A stretch of DNA of 64,000 bases from Pseudomonadota bacterium (GCA_043820105.1 JBDREC010000102.1:826-64825); one strand, 5' to 3'. Numbered from the stretch's first letter, positions 39,349 through 49,473 are shown. The notes: generated from the sequence alone by a model not told the origin. Numbers and translations are program-made.

Positions 39349-39859
39349 ATGGATTTTTCTCCTTTAATTCTTTGTAGAATAGGTCTAATAAAAAAAATCA
39401 GGTTTACACTTTTTGTTGTTTTCAATTCATCTCTTTTCCTTCATTAATGTATTTTAAGGCTTCCTTTGCCCACTCATCTCCTGCTTCAGCTTCTTGTATT
39501 AATTTCTCATGTTCCTGATCTTTGATTTCTTTGTTTTCTTCTTTTATCTTTTCTTTATCACGCAAAAATAATTTTTTTCCTTTATTAACAATAACACCAT
39601 TACACCAATAAACATCGCATAGAATTTCATGCTTTGGTCCTTTTATTAAATATTATTATTAAAATAAAATACAAAATAGAAACCAAACTAGAAATAGAAT
39701 TTTATTCTATAATATCTAAGCATTAATTCGTTTTTAATAAAATTATAGTTCTATATTGTGTTTTTTTTCATCATTTAATGGAAAATAATGTCCCAAATGA
39801 GTCTAGAAGTTGCCTGGCTGGCAATTCGCGATTCGAGGGTAGGCACTAAAAACAATTTT

Positions 39860-40558
39860 CTATATTATAAAACTAAGCTCAAACACTGTTCCTGTTTCAT
39901 TTAAATTACCATCTTCTTTTTTAATTTCTCCAGTATTTTTTATAGTCTTTTTTCTAGAAGGCGAAGATTCATGCTTTGTTTCTATTTGAATCATCAAAAA
40001 ACCAAGTTCTTGTGCATTTTGTAAAATAGTTATTACTCCAAGTTCTTGATCGCCAAGAGCTTGTGTTTTTGCTTTTCCCTGCCCTATTCTCTCTTCAAAT
40101 AATTGTTCAAAAATATCATCTTGAATTCCTTGTCCATTATCTTTTATTCTGAATATTAGTTCGCTGCCTTTTATTTTTATATCAACAGTTACAAGTCCAT
40201 CTGGGTTTTCTAAATCTACAAATGAATCAAGAGCATTTTTGTATGCTTCTCTTAATAATTCATTTAAGCTAAAATAGTCGTCTCTTGAAAATTTATTAAT
40301 TTCTAAATCTTCAATCATATCTCTTAACTTTGAAGGTGAAAATGTTTGCTTAAAATTATCCTGAGCTGCACTTAAAATTAAGTTTCTTGGAAAGAGGTCA
40401 TCTTCAAATTCGATTTCTTCTTTGTAAGTGGACATTATTTTTTCTTCTGATGCTTCAATTGAAGAAAAAAGATCGAGGCAGTTTGCAAAAGAACTAGAAA
40501 TTAAGATTAACATTAGGATTGGGATTAGGATTAAAATTTTTATTTCTGATACTTTCAT
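39860..40558 (-). CDS. Signal-peptide protein with a GHKL/HATPase_c domain
   Basis: SSSFA|NC signal; N-box EAYKNALDS, G1 IKDNGQGI, F-box LFEE, degenerate G2 GDQELG, terminal GTVF. Confidence 0.7.
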   Translation of the reverse strand: MKVSEIKILILIPILMLILISSSFANCLDLFSSIEASEEKIMSTYKEEIEFEDDLFPRNLILSAAQDNFKQTFSPSKLRDMIEDLEINKFSRDDYFSLNELLREAYKNALDSFVDLENPDGLVTVDIKIKGSELIFRIKDNGQGIQDDIFEQLFEERIGQGKAKTQALGDQELGVITILQNAQELGFLMIQIETKHESSPSRKKTIKNTGEIKKEDGNLNETGTVFELSFII

Positions 40559-40625
40559 AAATATGCCACTGTAAAGTTATTTTGCTCAAAACAAAAGGAG
40601 ATAAGCTCTTATATTATTTGTAATT

Positions 40626-40641
40626 AGCAAGAATTATGCCA
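40626..40641 (-). promoter_or_regulatory. Sigma54 -24/-12 promoter
   Basis: Minus strand TGGCATAATTCTTGCT upstream of the GHKL gene. Confidence 0.65.
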
Positions 40642-40870
40642 TTATTTCATTGGCAACTTTCATATATCCCTTTGTTTTTATTGGAAAAGCTCAAAACCAT
40701 ATATAATAAGAAAGAGACAATGATGCCTCGTTTTATAAAAAAAGGAATTATATGAATATAGAAACGAATTGATTTAATTTTTGACAATTCTGTTATTGTA
40801 TTTGATGAGTTGTTTTTATTAAGCGAGCTATAAATTTTATAATGTACACAATTATAGATAGGAACAATAA

Positions 40871-42559
40871 ATGTCAAAAACCCAAGAACCTGAAAAAATA
40901 ATATTTTCTATGATCGGTGTTTCACGAATGCACCCTCCTCAGAAAAAAGTTTTAAAAGATATTAATTTATCTTTTTTTTATGGAGCTAAAATTGGTATCT
41001 TGGGGCTTAATGGTTCAGGAAAATCAAGTCTGCTTAGAATTATTGCAGGGGAAGATAAAGAGTTTACAGGGGATGTTTCTTTTTCCAAAGAATATTCTAT
41101 TGGATTTTTGCACCAGGAACCCCACCTTGATGACAGCAAGACTGTTCTTGAATGTGTCCAGGAAGGCGTGAAGGAAACCATTGACCTGCTCAAGGAGTTT
41201 GAGCTTATCAATGCAAGTTTTGAAAATGAAATGAGTGCAGATGAAATGGATACTCTTATTGAAAAACAAGCAAAAGTGCAGGAAATGATTGATCATAAAG
41301 ATGCCTGGGAACTTGATCATCGCCTGGAGATTGCTATGGATGCGCTTCGTTGTCCTCCTGCTGACCGGATTGTCGCTACCCTCTCAGGTGGAGAGCGCAG
41401 ACGGGTCGCTCTTTGCAGACTGCTCATTGAAGAACCTGACATTCTTTTGCTGGATGAACCGACCAATCACTTAGACGCTGAATCAGTTTTTTGGCTGGAG
41501 AGATATCTACAAAAATACGCAGGAACAGTCATCGCAGTCACTCATGACCGCTATTTCCTTGATAATGTAGCAGGTTGGATTCTTGAACTCGACCGCGGTG
41601 AAGGAATTCCCTATAAAGGAAATTATTCTTCCTGGCTTGAACAAAAAGAACGCAGATTAAACATCGAAGCAAAACAGGATGATAAAAGAAAGAAAACTCT
41701 CGCCAGGGAACTGGAATGGGTGCGGCAATCTCCCTCTGCCAGGCGGGCAAAAAATAAAGCTCGTATCGCCCAATATCATAATCTACTGGCACAAGACAGA
41801 GAACAACTGGAAAAAGATTTGGAAATAGTTATTCCAGAGGCCCCAAGACTTGGTCAAAAAGTAATTGAAGCCGCGAATATTTCTAAAGCCTTTGGCGATA
41901 AACTTTTGTATGAAAACCTCAATTTCAGGCTTCCTCAAGGAGGAATTGTTGGAATCATTGGTCCAAATGGTGCCGGGAAAACAACTCTTTTTAAAATGAT
42001 TCTTAAACAGGAAAAGCCGGATTCTGGGGATTTTGCAATTGGAGATACTGTATCTATAAGTTACGTAGCGCAAGACCGTTTTCCCAAGGATGACAAACGA
42101 ACAATTTGGGAAGTAATATCCGAAGGTAATGATATTATCAAAATTGGAAATCGCGAGGTTAATTCCAGAGCCTATGTAGCGCGTTTTAATTTTTCAGGTG
42201 GCGATCAACAAAAACCCGTGGATACTCTATCTGGAGGAGAAAGAAATCGGGTCCATTTAGCTAATGCCCTTAAAAACCCAGGCAATGTCTTGCTTCTGGA
42301 TGAACCAACCAATGATCTTGATGTTAATACTATCCGTTCCCTAGAAGAAGCTCTGCTTACCTTTACAGGCTGCGCCGTAATCATCAGTCATGACCGCTGG
42401 TTTTTAGATCGTGTTGCAACACATATTCTTTCCTTTGAGGGTAACAGCCAAGCTTACTGGTTTGAAGGCGGTTTTTCTGATTATGAAAGTGATAAAGTGA
42501 AAAGACTTGGAAAATCAGCGAACCAACCGCATCGAATACAGTATAAGAAAATAAATTAA
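40871..42559 (+). CDS. ettA: Energy-dependent translational throttle protein EttA (ABC-F)
   Basis: LSFFYGAKIG.LGLNGSGKS, two ABC cassettes, AMDALRCPP, ELEWVR. Confidence 0.96.
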   Translation: MSKTQEPEKIIFSMIGVSRMHPPQKKVLKDINLSFFYGAKIGILGLNGSGKSSLLRIIAGEDKEFTGDVSFSKEYSIGFLHQEPHLDDSKTVLECVQEGVKETIDLLKEFELINASFENEMSADEMDTLIEKQAKVQEMIDHKDAWELDHRLEIAMDALRCPPADRIVATLSGGERRRVALCRLLIEEPDILLLDEPTNHLDAESVFWLERYLQKYAGTVIAVTHDRYFLDNVAGWILELDRGEGIPYKGNYSSWLEQKERRLNIEAKQDDKRKKTLARELEWVRQSPSARRAKNKARIAQYHNLLAQDREQLEKDLEIVIPEAPRLGQKVIEAANISKAFGDKLLYENLNFRLPQGGIVGIIGPNGAGKTTLFKMILKQEKPDSGDFAIGDTVSISYVAQDRFPKDDKRTIWEVISEGNDIIKIGNREVNSRAYVARFNFSGGDQQKPVDTLSGGERNRVHLANALKNPGNVLLLDEPTNDLDVNTIRSLEEALLTFTGCAVIISHDRWFLDRVATHILSFEGNSQAYWFEGGFSDYESDKVKRLGKSANQPHRIQYKKIN

Positions 42560-42567
42560 ACCTATAT

Positions 42568-42583
42568 TGGTACGAATTTTGCT
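42568..42583 (+). promoter_or_regulatory. Sigma54 -24/-12 promoter
   Basis: TGGTACGAATTTTGCT upstream of the AGGAGG RBS of the gene at 42619. Confidence 0.6.
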
Positions 42584-42618
42584 TTAACTTCTTTAGGTAT
42601 ATATCTTTAGGAGGAAAA

Positions 42619-43086
42619 ATGAAAAGCTTCTTTAGACAATACTTAAAAGATATTACCCTGAAAGATTGTTTGTTTGAGAATCCAACATTGACAGATCTAT
42701 ATTCTGCAGATGATAATCTTAGTTTACTTGTAACACGAGCTGATGGATTTACCGTTGAGAATTGTGAATTTATTAGAGACGAGAATCATGTTGGTAAAGG
42801 AGTTCATTTCTGGCAAACCCATAACAGTAAAATCATTAATTCAGTCTTTGATGGATTTTTTTTCACTTTTATAAATATTTATGGTGCGTTAAAAGATAGT
42901 GATAGCAACTTTCCAAGAGAATACAGAACATTTAACACCCTGATTGAAAATAACCTTATCGAAAACGGGTGTGTTTTATTATCAAACGGAACATTTGGAG
43001 AGGGTTTTATGATTTTAAATAATCAAGCAAAAGATTTTATTTATAATGACACATCTCCAGTTACTGTTAATAATAAAATATTCTAG
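42619..43086 (+). CDS. Right-handed beta-helix-like small protein, possibly a fragment
   Basis: Repeating xxENCxF / IINSVF / IENNLI patterns; strong RBS. Confidence 0.55.
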   Translation: MKSFFRQYLKDITLKDCLFENPTLTDLYSADDNLSLLVTRADGFTVENCEFIRDENHVGKGVHFWQTHNSKIINSVFDGFFFTFINIYGALKDSDSNFPREYRTFNTLIENNLIENGCVLLSNGTFGEGFMILNNQAKDFIYNDTSPVTVNNKIF

Positions 43087-43218
43087 GCAATAAGCTAAAA
43101 TGATCCTGAAAAATAAAATAACTTTTATTATGTAAAATTACCTGCCTGCTACTTTTCCCTTGCGTATTGCGTCATTTTATTATATGTGATTTTATCAAAC
43201 GTTATAAAGGTGATAAAA

Positions 43219-44259
43219 ATGGAATATATTAGAATTAGCGTTATATTAAGCATTATATTTGGACTTTTTTCATTCAATCAATTATTCGCGGACCAAGAGT
43301 CTTCATCAAGCAATTCTGCAAAAGAAATCTCAATTGTCAGGGATTGTGATGAACATATGATTGATCATTTATGGGAAAATTATCTGGGGCACTATTTTTA
43401 TAATGCAAGAAAACCGTACAAGGTTGCATCAAAAGATGTCTTTGAACCCTTCAGATCATCCAAAATTTTACAAAGCATTATTCAAATGGCAGCACAAGAC
43501 CTTGATAATAAAGGTTATAAAGGCGATTTAATAAAAAGAGAGCTTCAACGTCAGTCAGCTTGCTGGACGATTCCAAGTGAAAAAAACACTGTTTTATTTA
43601 ATTTAACAAAATCCGAAGACATTATCCTTACTTTGGATTTTGATAAGCATGTATATTCCGGCGGGAAAAAAAATATTCATATCCTTTTTTTTGAAGGAAC
43701 CTCTTTTTCTAAACAGCATAATATTACGGTTGATGTCGGAGAAGGCGAAACGATTTTTCCCATGTTAATTTTAAACCCTGGTAAAAATGAAGTGCATATT
43801 AAATCAAACACTGGGTTTTATTCGAAACATTTAGGAATCTCAAATGAAACCATCTTTCATTATTCACCAAAAGACGGTCCCTTTTTAACACAAATATATC
43901 CTGAAATCTGCGATGAAACAGCCAATTTCCTTTTGGAAAATCCATTCAAATTTGCAATTTCGGGGGGTAATTTTGTTATGGCAGAAGCCCTTGATAATAA
44001 CTTAAATGATGAGGTTATATCGCGCTGGATTGTATCACAATTTTTGGAAAGAAATTTATTTGATATGGATGGAAGAAATATTAAGTTCGGCTCCAAGGAT
44101 TTTCAGGTGATGTATTTGAATGCTTATCTGGTTGGAGTACCGACCCTTAAATCGTGCCTTATTGACAATGAACTCTTAGGAAAAAACACTTGTTGTTATG
44201 ATTATGAAAACGAGGTCTTCCTTTCTAATAAAGAAATGAAAGAATTTACGGGATTTTGA
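43219..44259 (+). CDS. Secreted hypothetical protein
   Basis: AAGGTGA RBS, signal peptide ending QLFA. Confidence 0.7.
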   Translation: MEYIRISVILSIIFGLFSFNQLFADQESSSSNSAKEISIVRDCDEHMIDHLWENYLGHYFYNARKPYKVASKDVFEPFRSSKILQSIIQMAAQDLDNKGYKGDLIKRELQRQSACWTIPSEKNTVLFNLTKSEDIILTLDFDKHVYSGGKKNIHILFFEGTSFSKQHNITVDVGEGETIFPMLILNPGKNEVHIKSNTGFYSKHLGISNETIFHYSPKDGPFLTQIYPEICDETANFLLENPFKFAISGGNFVMAEALDNNLNDEVISRWIVSQFLERNLFDMDGRNIKFGSKDFQVMYLNAYLVGVPTLKSCLIDNELLGKNTCCYDYENEVFLSNKEMKEFTGF

Positions 44260-44438
44260 ATAATTTTTAAAACATTGCTATTTTAATAATAATAAGATAG
44301 CGTCTTTTCATAGGTTTCTATTAAACTTCACTAAGACTCAGAATTCCATTTTTCTTAATGAAATTTCTAGTTACACATCCAAAGATAGCAATTGTACTTT
44401 CACCCAATCAGTCTGGACAAACATAAAGGAGAACAAGC

Positions 44439-45542
44439 ATGAAAACAACGGCACTCGTGTATAGTGAGAATGAATTTGGAAGAATTGACGGCAAGGTTGC
44501 AAATGGCCTTGTCAGGTTTTCTGAACTCTATAATATTGTTGGCGTTATCGATAGCTCAAAAGTTGGACTTGATGCAGGTGAATATCTTGATGGAATAAAA
44601 ACAGGGATACCGATTTTTCGTGACCTTGGTGATGCTATTGCAGCCTTGGGCTATATTCCAGAGTGTTTTATATATGGAATCGCCCCACTTGCTAAGTTTA
44701 TTGACAAAACCCAAAGAGCAATAATTGTATCCGCAATTGAAAAAGGTATGAACATTGTAAATGGCTTGCCTGAATTTTTCACTGATGATGATGAGTTTGT
44801 GCAAAAAGCACTTGAATATAAAATTAATATACATGACGTCAGGAAACCTCCGCTAAGAAAAGACCTGCACTGTTTCTCTGGACGTATTTCAAAAATCAAG
44901 ACTCCTGTAATAGTTTTAGCTGGCACAGATTGTGCCGTTGGAAAAAGGACAACAACAGTATGTCTTGTTAATGCTCTGAGAGACAAGGGCTTAAATGCAG
45001 TTTTTATAGCAACTGGGCAAACAAGCATACTACAAGGAAGCAAATATGGTATTGCACTTGATGTTTTAACTTCGGGTTTTGCCACAGGTGAAGTTGAAAA
45101 TGCTATAGTTGATGCAGATGAAATAGAAAATCCAGATATAATTATAGTTGAAGGACAAGGTGCATTAAGTCATCCTGCTTTCACTTCATCAAGTGCGATT
45201 TTAAGGGGAGCAATGCCTGCTGCCATAATAATGCAACATCCACCAAAAAGAATTAACCATTGTGATTACCCTGATATTCCTATGCCTACTCTAACAAGTG
45301 AAATAAAGCTTGTGGAAATATTCTCAAAATCGAAAGTAATTGCAATAACCTTAAACCATGAAGACATGTCAGACAATGAAATTGAGGAAACTATAGATAT
45401 ATATGAAAAAACCTTTAAACTGCCAACCACTGATGTTTTAAAGTTTGGATGCGAAAAGCTTGTTGATAAACTTTATGATATTTTTCCCGAATTATTACAT
45501 AGAAAGTGTAATTTATATGATGTCCCCCAGATTAGAAATTGA
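44439..45542 (+). CDS. DUF1611-family P-loop protein (DgcN-like)
   Basis: GKVANGLVR, GTDCAVGKRTT, ATGQTS, VEGQGALSHPA. Confidence 0.88.
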   Translation: MKTTALVYSENEFGRIDGKVANGLVRFSELYNIVGVIDSSKVGLDAGEYLDGIKTGIPIFRDLGDAIAALGYIPECFIYGIAPLAKFIDKTQRAIIVSAIEKGMNIVNGLPEFFTDDDEFVQKALEYKINIHDVRKPPLRKDLHCFSGRISKIKTPVIVLAGTDCAVGKRTTTVCLVNALRDKGLNAVFIATGQTSILQGSKYGIALDVLTSGFATGEVENAIVDADEIENPDIIIVEGQGALSHPAFTSSSAILRGAMPAAIIMQHPPKRINHCDYPDIPMPTLTSEIKLVEIFSKSKVIAITLNHEDMSDNEIEETIDIYEKTFKLPTTDVLKFGCEKLVDKLYDIFPELLHRKCNLYDVPQIRN

Positions 45543-46575
45543 TCTATTAAAAATTACCCATAATGCAATTAAACTCAAAAGTCTATATGCTTCAAAGGGT
45601 GTCGGTATTATGGGAGTCACTAAAGTAGTCTGTGGAGATCCCAAAATCGCGAAAGCTCTCGTAAAATCTGGAATCAACACGCTTGCTGATTCAAGAATTG
45701 AAAACATTCGAAAAATGTCTAGTGCAAAAATTAAAGCAAGCTTTGTTCTGCTGCGAACACCCCTTCTTAGTCAGGTTGAATCTGTTGTAAAATTTGCAGA
45801 TATTAGTTTTAACTCAGAACTTTCAGTAATAAATGAACTTTCAAAAGCAGCCCTAAAGCAAAATATTGTTCACAAAATTATATTAATGATAGAACTAGGT
45901 GATTTGAGAGAAGGACTTTTACCTTCAGACTTAGATAGCACAGTAATAGAGATACTGCAGCTTCCTGGAATTGAGCTAATAGGTATTGGAACAAATCTGG
46001 CCTGTCTTTTTGGAATCAAGCCAGATCAAAATAAGATGAAATATTTGTCAGCTCTTGCAATAGAGCTTGAAAAGAAATTTTCAATAAGCTTATCAATTAT
46101 ATCGGGTGGCAACTCTGCCAATTATACCTGGTTCAAAGAAACTTGCGATGCTGGCAAAATTAATAATTTAAGGCTTGGTGAATCAATCTTCCTGGGATGT
46201 GAAACATTATATAGAAAACCGATACCTGGATTATTTACAGATGCATTTACACTGTATGCTGAAGTCATTGAATCAAAAATTAAAGCCTCCGTTCCAAATG
46301 GAGAAATTTGTCAGGATGCGTTTGGAAATCTTCCAAAAATAAAAGATTCTGGACAAATGAGAAGAACAATTCTTGGACTTGGCTTACAGGATGTTTTGGT
46401 TTCTGGACTTTGTCCCAAATTGGAGGTTGACATAATCGGGATGACAAGTGATCATATTATACTTAATGCTAAACAAACAAACTTAAAAGTTGGGAATGAG
46501 GTAGCCTTTGATCTCAACTATGGAGCTTTACTATCAGCTATGACTTCACCATATATAACGAAAACATATAAGTAA
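45517..46575 (+). CDS. Alanine/ornithine racemase-family PLP enzyme
   Basis: GVTKVVCG (PLP Lys), ADSRIEN, GDLREG, GTNLAC, SGGNS, LRLGESI, SDH, SPYI. Confidence 0.9.
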   Translation: MMSPRLEIDLLKITHNAIKLKSLYASKGVGIMGVTKVVCGDPKIAKALVKSGINTLADSRIENIRKMSSAKIKASFVLLRTPLLSQVESVVKFADISFNSELSVINELSKAALKQNIVHKIILMIELGDLREGLLPSDLDSTVIEILQLPGIELIGIGTNLACLFGIKPDQNKMKYLSALAIELEKKFSISLSIISGGNSANYTWFKETCDAGKINNLRLGESIFLGCETLYRKPIPGLFTDAFTLYAEVIESKIKASVPNGEICQDAFGNLPKIKDSGQMRRTILGLGLQDVLVSGLCPKLEVDIIGMTSDHIILNAKQTNLKVGNEVAFDLNYGALLSAMTSPYITKTYK

Positions 46576-46579
46576 TTTT

Positions 46580-47260
46580 ATGCCTGATTTAAAATATTTT
46601 GAAACCGTTGACGAAAAAGAACGAATTCAACATGAACTTGTTGAAACTATTCCAATTAAAGATAATAATTCCCCATTAATAAGCTTAAAAGATTCTGGAT
46701 TTAATTTAATATTTGAACCATCTATCAAAAAAGATTATAGATATTTGGTAAGAAAAGATATTGTTGAAAAAATTGGTCGAATAAGCCAAATTCTAAACAA
46801 TCAAGAAAAGGTATTAATAATTCGATCTGTTTGGAGATCCTTTCACCACCAAAGACTTTTATGGAATGATCATTTTAATATCATTAAGAAAAATTATCCC
46901 AACAAACCTATTAAAGAAGTCAGAGAAATTGCCTCAAACTTCGTTGCTTCAAGAAAGAAATCAATGCATTCAACAGGAGGTGCAGTGGATGCACTTATCT
47001 TTGACTCAAAAACAAATCGCATTATGGATTTTGGAACTAATGATGGATATAAAATAACTCTTGATGAAAGGTGCTACCCTTATCATCCAGATATAACATC
47101 TGAAGCTAGAGAAAATAGAGACTTATTAATAAGTCTTTTTGAAAAGGAAGACTTTGTGGTTGATTTAAAGGAATATTGGCATTTTGATTATGGTAATGTT
47201 ATCTGGGCAATAGAAAAAAGCAAAGAATATGCAATATATGGGATTATCAAAACTTACTAA
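46580..47260 (+). CDS. D-Ala-D-Ala dipeptidase (VanX/M15 family)
   Basis: WRS...Q, SMHSTGGAVD (SxHxxGxAxD), EYWHF. Confidence 0.88.
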   Translation: MPDLKYFETVDEKERIQHELVETIPIKDNNSPLISLKDSGFNLIFEPSIKKDYRYLVRKDIVEKIGRISQILNNQEKVLIIRSVWRSFHHQRLLWNDHFNIIKKNYPNKPIKEVREIASNFVASRKKSMHSTGGAVDALIFDSKTNRIMDFGTNDGYKITLDERCYPYHPDITSEARENRDLLISLFEKEDFVVDLKEYWHFDYGNVIWAIEKSKEYAIYGIIKTY

Positions 47261-47369
47261 AACCCATTTCAGCTTTAAAGATGTATAGAAACCGTTCATT
47301 TTAACTTAAAAATTATTAATAAAAACCATATGTTATTGAATTTATTACTGTTTTTACCAAAAGCCCTTA

Positions 47370-47385
47370 TGGTACATTATGTGCA
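47370..47385 (+). promoter_or_regulatory. Sigma54 -24/-12 promoter
   Basis: TGGTACATTATGTGCA, GG-N10-GC, upstream of the metallopeptidase gene. Confidence 0.5.
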
Positions 47386-47434
47386 ACTATATCTCACGAG
47401 GTTGTTGTGGTGGCTATGGCTACTGTTTAAATAA

Positions 47435-47458
47435 GGAGGGGACAAGCCCCTCCACTAC
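47435..47458 (-). repeat. GTAG-type REP element
   Basis: Minus strand GTAG-T-GGAGGGG-CTTGT-CCCCTCC: a GTAG tetranucleotide plus a GC-rich palindrome. Confidence 0.6.
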
Positions 47459-47514
47459 AAAAGAACATAAAAATAAAACAACTCGTATGAGAGGTTTTTA
47501 AATTTTTTTTTTAA

Positions 47515-49296
47515 ATGGCAAAAAATAAGGGTATTAAGGCAATGACAAAAAAAAGTACAATAATATTAAGCATTCTATACATTATTATCTTTTTTTCTAT
47601 TCATGCCTTACAGGCAGATCAATCAAAAGTAAAAATATCAAAAGAAATGATTTTAAATTATTTAATGATAAGACATCCTATTTTATTACCTTTATTCTCA
47701 GCATCAGGATGTGCAAGTTATTGCTCTGTCCCTGAAATCTATATTGAAAGCAATAAAATATCTAATGATGTAATAAACAGAATTGAGGCCTATCTTTATG
47801 AAATGATATCAATATATCCTGAATTTACCTGCAATGTGAATAATATAAGAATTGTACTTGAGAGCAAGATAAACGATGAGTGTGATACAACAGATGAAAT
47901 TAAGGAAAAGTTTGGAGGGGCAGCGGGTTGCTTTCAACGCGGGCTTAAACAAGATATCATTTTGAGTGACGACATCCTTGTGCTTAATGGAATCAGCACA
48001 GAACTTTATCCTGATTTAGACAATTCTACGAAACATGTTATTTTGCATGAATTTGTTCATTCAAGGCAACATACAATTGGTGAAGGAAATGATGATTTTG
48101 GCTATGATAATTTTTTAAAGCAATTTGAGGATGATTCAAGGTATGGAAATGAATATTCAGAAGCAAATGAAGCCAGTTTTATTAATTCCTATGCCATTTA
48201 TAAACCAATCGAGGATCATGCAGAACTTATAAGTTATGGTTTTCATTTGCCTATTGAGTTTCAGTATTCCACAAATGCAAGCTTTCAAAAAAAACTTTCT
48301 TTTGTCGAAAAACAATGGCAAAAACGGGACTTCGAAATAAATCCTGTTAGCACAAAAAATTATAGCATTTCAGCAAGTGAGCCCAGTTTTTCTTCTAAAA
48401 ACAACAATATTACTGTGTATAATGGTGAGCCGGTTGAAGTTAGAATTGAAGCACATGGCTTTGATAACAGAACTCTTTCAATTAGAAATCTATCAAACTC
48501 GGCAATAACAGAAATTGAATTTCAATCCAGCTCCCATCCTGACAATGATGATTTCTTTTTCACCGATAAATATCTTATTTTTTCAGGCTTTTATCATCCA
48601 ACAGAAGGGCTCGGCGTAGATTGCTTTGTAATGCTTGATTTAGCAACAAAAGAAAGTGAAATCATAGCAATTCCTCAAGAAATCAGTGCCTATTTTGAAA
48701 ATAATCTTACTGTAGTAAATAATTATTATTTCCTTTATTTTCTGCCTGGAAATTTGGGGGTTATCTCTGGCACTCCAAAGGGATATGTATTAAATCTTAT
48801 AACAAAAGAAATTTCGTCATTTTCACTATTCGGTGAGCATTTAGACTTCACACATAATGAGGATCATTTCTTAAAATATAGTCATTGTGAATGGGATAAT
48901 CCCTACATTGGTATTTATAGTCAAAATAGTGCAAAAGTTTTTATTTTTGACCTGCAAAGACAAAAAATCATTGACTACGTGAACACACCTGGAATTGTCA
49001 CAAACCACTTAGTAGTAAATAAAAATAAAGAAGTGTTCATGATGGATATTTTTGAAGATCCTGAAACAAAGGCCTTTGATTATTTAATGTTGCACGGTGA
49101 TGCTGAAAATGGATTAAAATTTATCAATAAAAACCTTCCAGGATATGGTGATTTTAAAGACCATATCAAATACAACAGAGATCCAAAAAAAATAATAAGT
49201 GCCGCGAATAACTTTACAGTTTATTTTGACAACCTTATTTTTGAGGACCCTTTTGCAGAAGATGGTGGAAGAGTTTTGGAAATAAAACTTAATTAA
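47515..49296 (+). CDS. Secreted zinc metallopeptidase-like protein with a C-terminal beta-rich region
   Basis: Signal peptide (ALQA); ILHEFVH, then SYA...IEDHAE supplying the third ligand. Confidence 0.75.
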   Translation: MAKNKGIKAMTKKSTIILSILYIIIFFSIHALQADQSKVKISKEMILNYLMIRHPILLPLFSASGCASYCSVPEIYIESNKISNDVINRIEAYLYEMISIYPEFTCNVNNIRIVLESKINDECDTTDEIKEKFGGAAGCFQRGLKQDIILSDDILVLNGISTELYPDLDNSTKHVILHEFVHSRQHTIGEGNDDFGYDNFLKQFEDDSRYGNEYSEANEASFINSYAIYKPIEDHAELISYGFHLPIEFQYSTNASFQKKLSFVEKQWQKRDFEINPVSTKNYSISASEPSFSSKNNNITVYNGEPVEVRIEAHGFDNRTLSIRNLSNSAITEIEFQSSSHPDNDDFFFTDKYLIFSGFYHPTEGLGVDCFVMLDLATKESEIIAIPQEISAYFENNLTVVNNYYFLYFLPGNLGVISGTPKGYVLNLITKEISSFSLFGEHLDFTHNEDHFLKYSHCEWDNPYIGIYSQNSAKVFIFDLQRQKIIDYVNTPGIVTNHLVVNKNKEVFMMDIFEDPETKAFDYLMLHGDAENGLKFINKNLPGYGDFKDHIKYNRDPKKIISAANNFTVYFDNLIFEDPFAEDGGRVLEIKLN

Positions 49297-49473
49297 CTTT
49301 TTTATTTGGCATACTTAATTAACTATAAGTAATTCTCATTTACACTACATCAAACGTAATGTAATGCAATCATCAATTTTTTCAAGCACTTATACATTTA
49401 TTAGTTGCTTTTTAGATTTTTTGTGGTCATAAAAGTATTTCATTTCCTTAAAAATTTCATTTCGGATATGTTT

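Noticed and set aside
44280-44438. Riboswitch upstream of the D-amino-acid operon
   Set aside because: No recognisable aptamer or terminator structure
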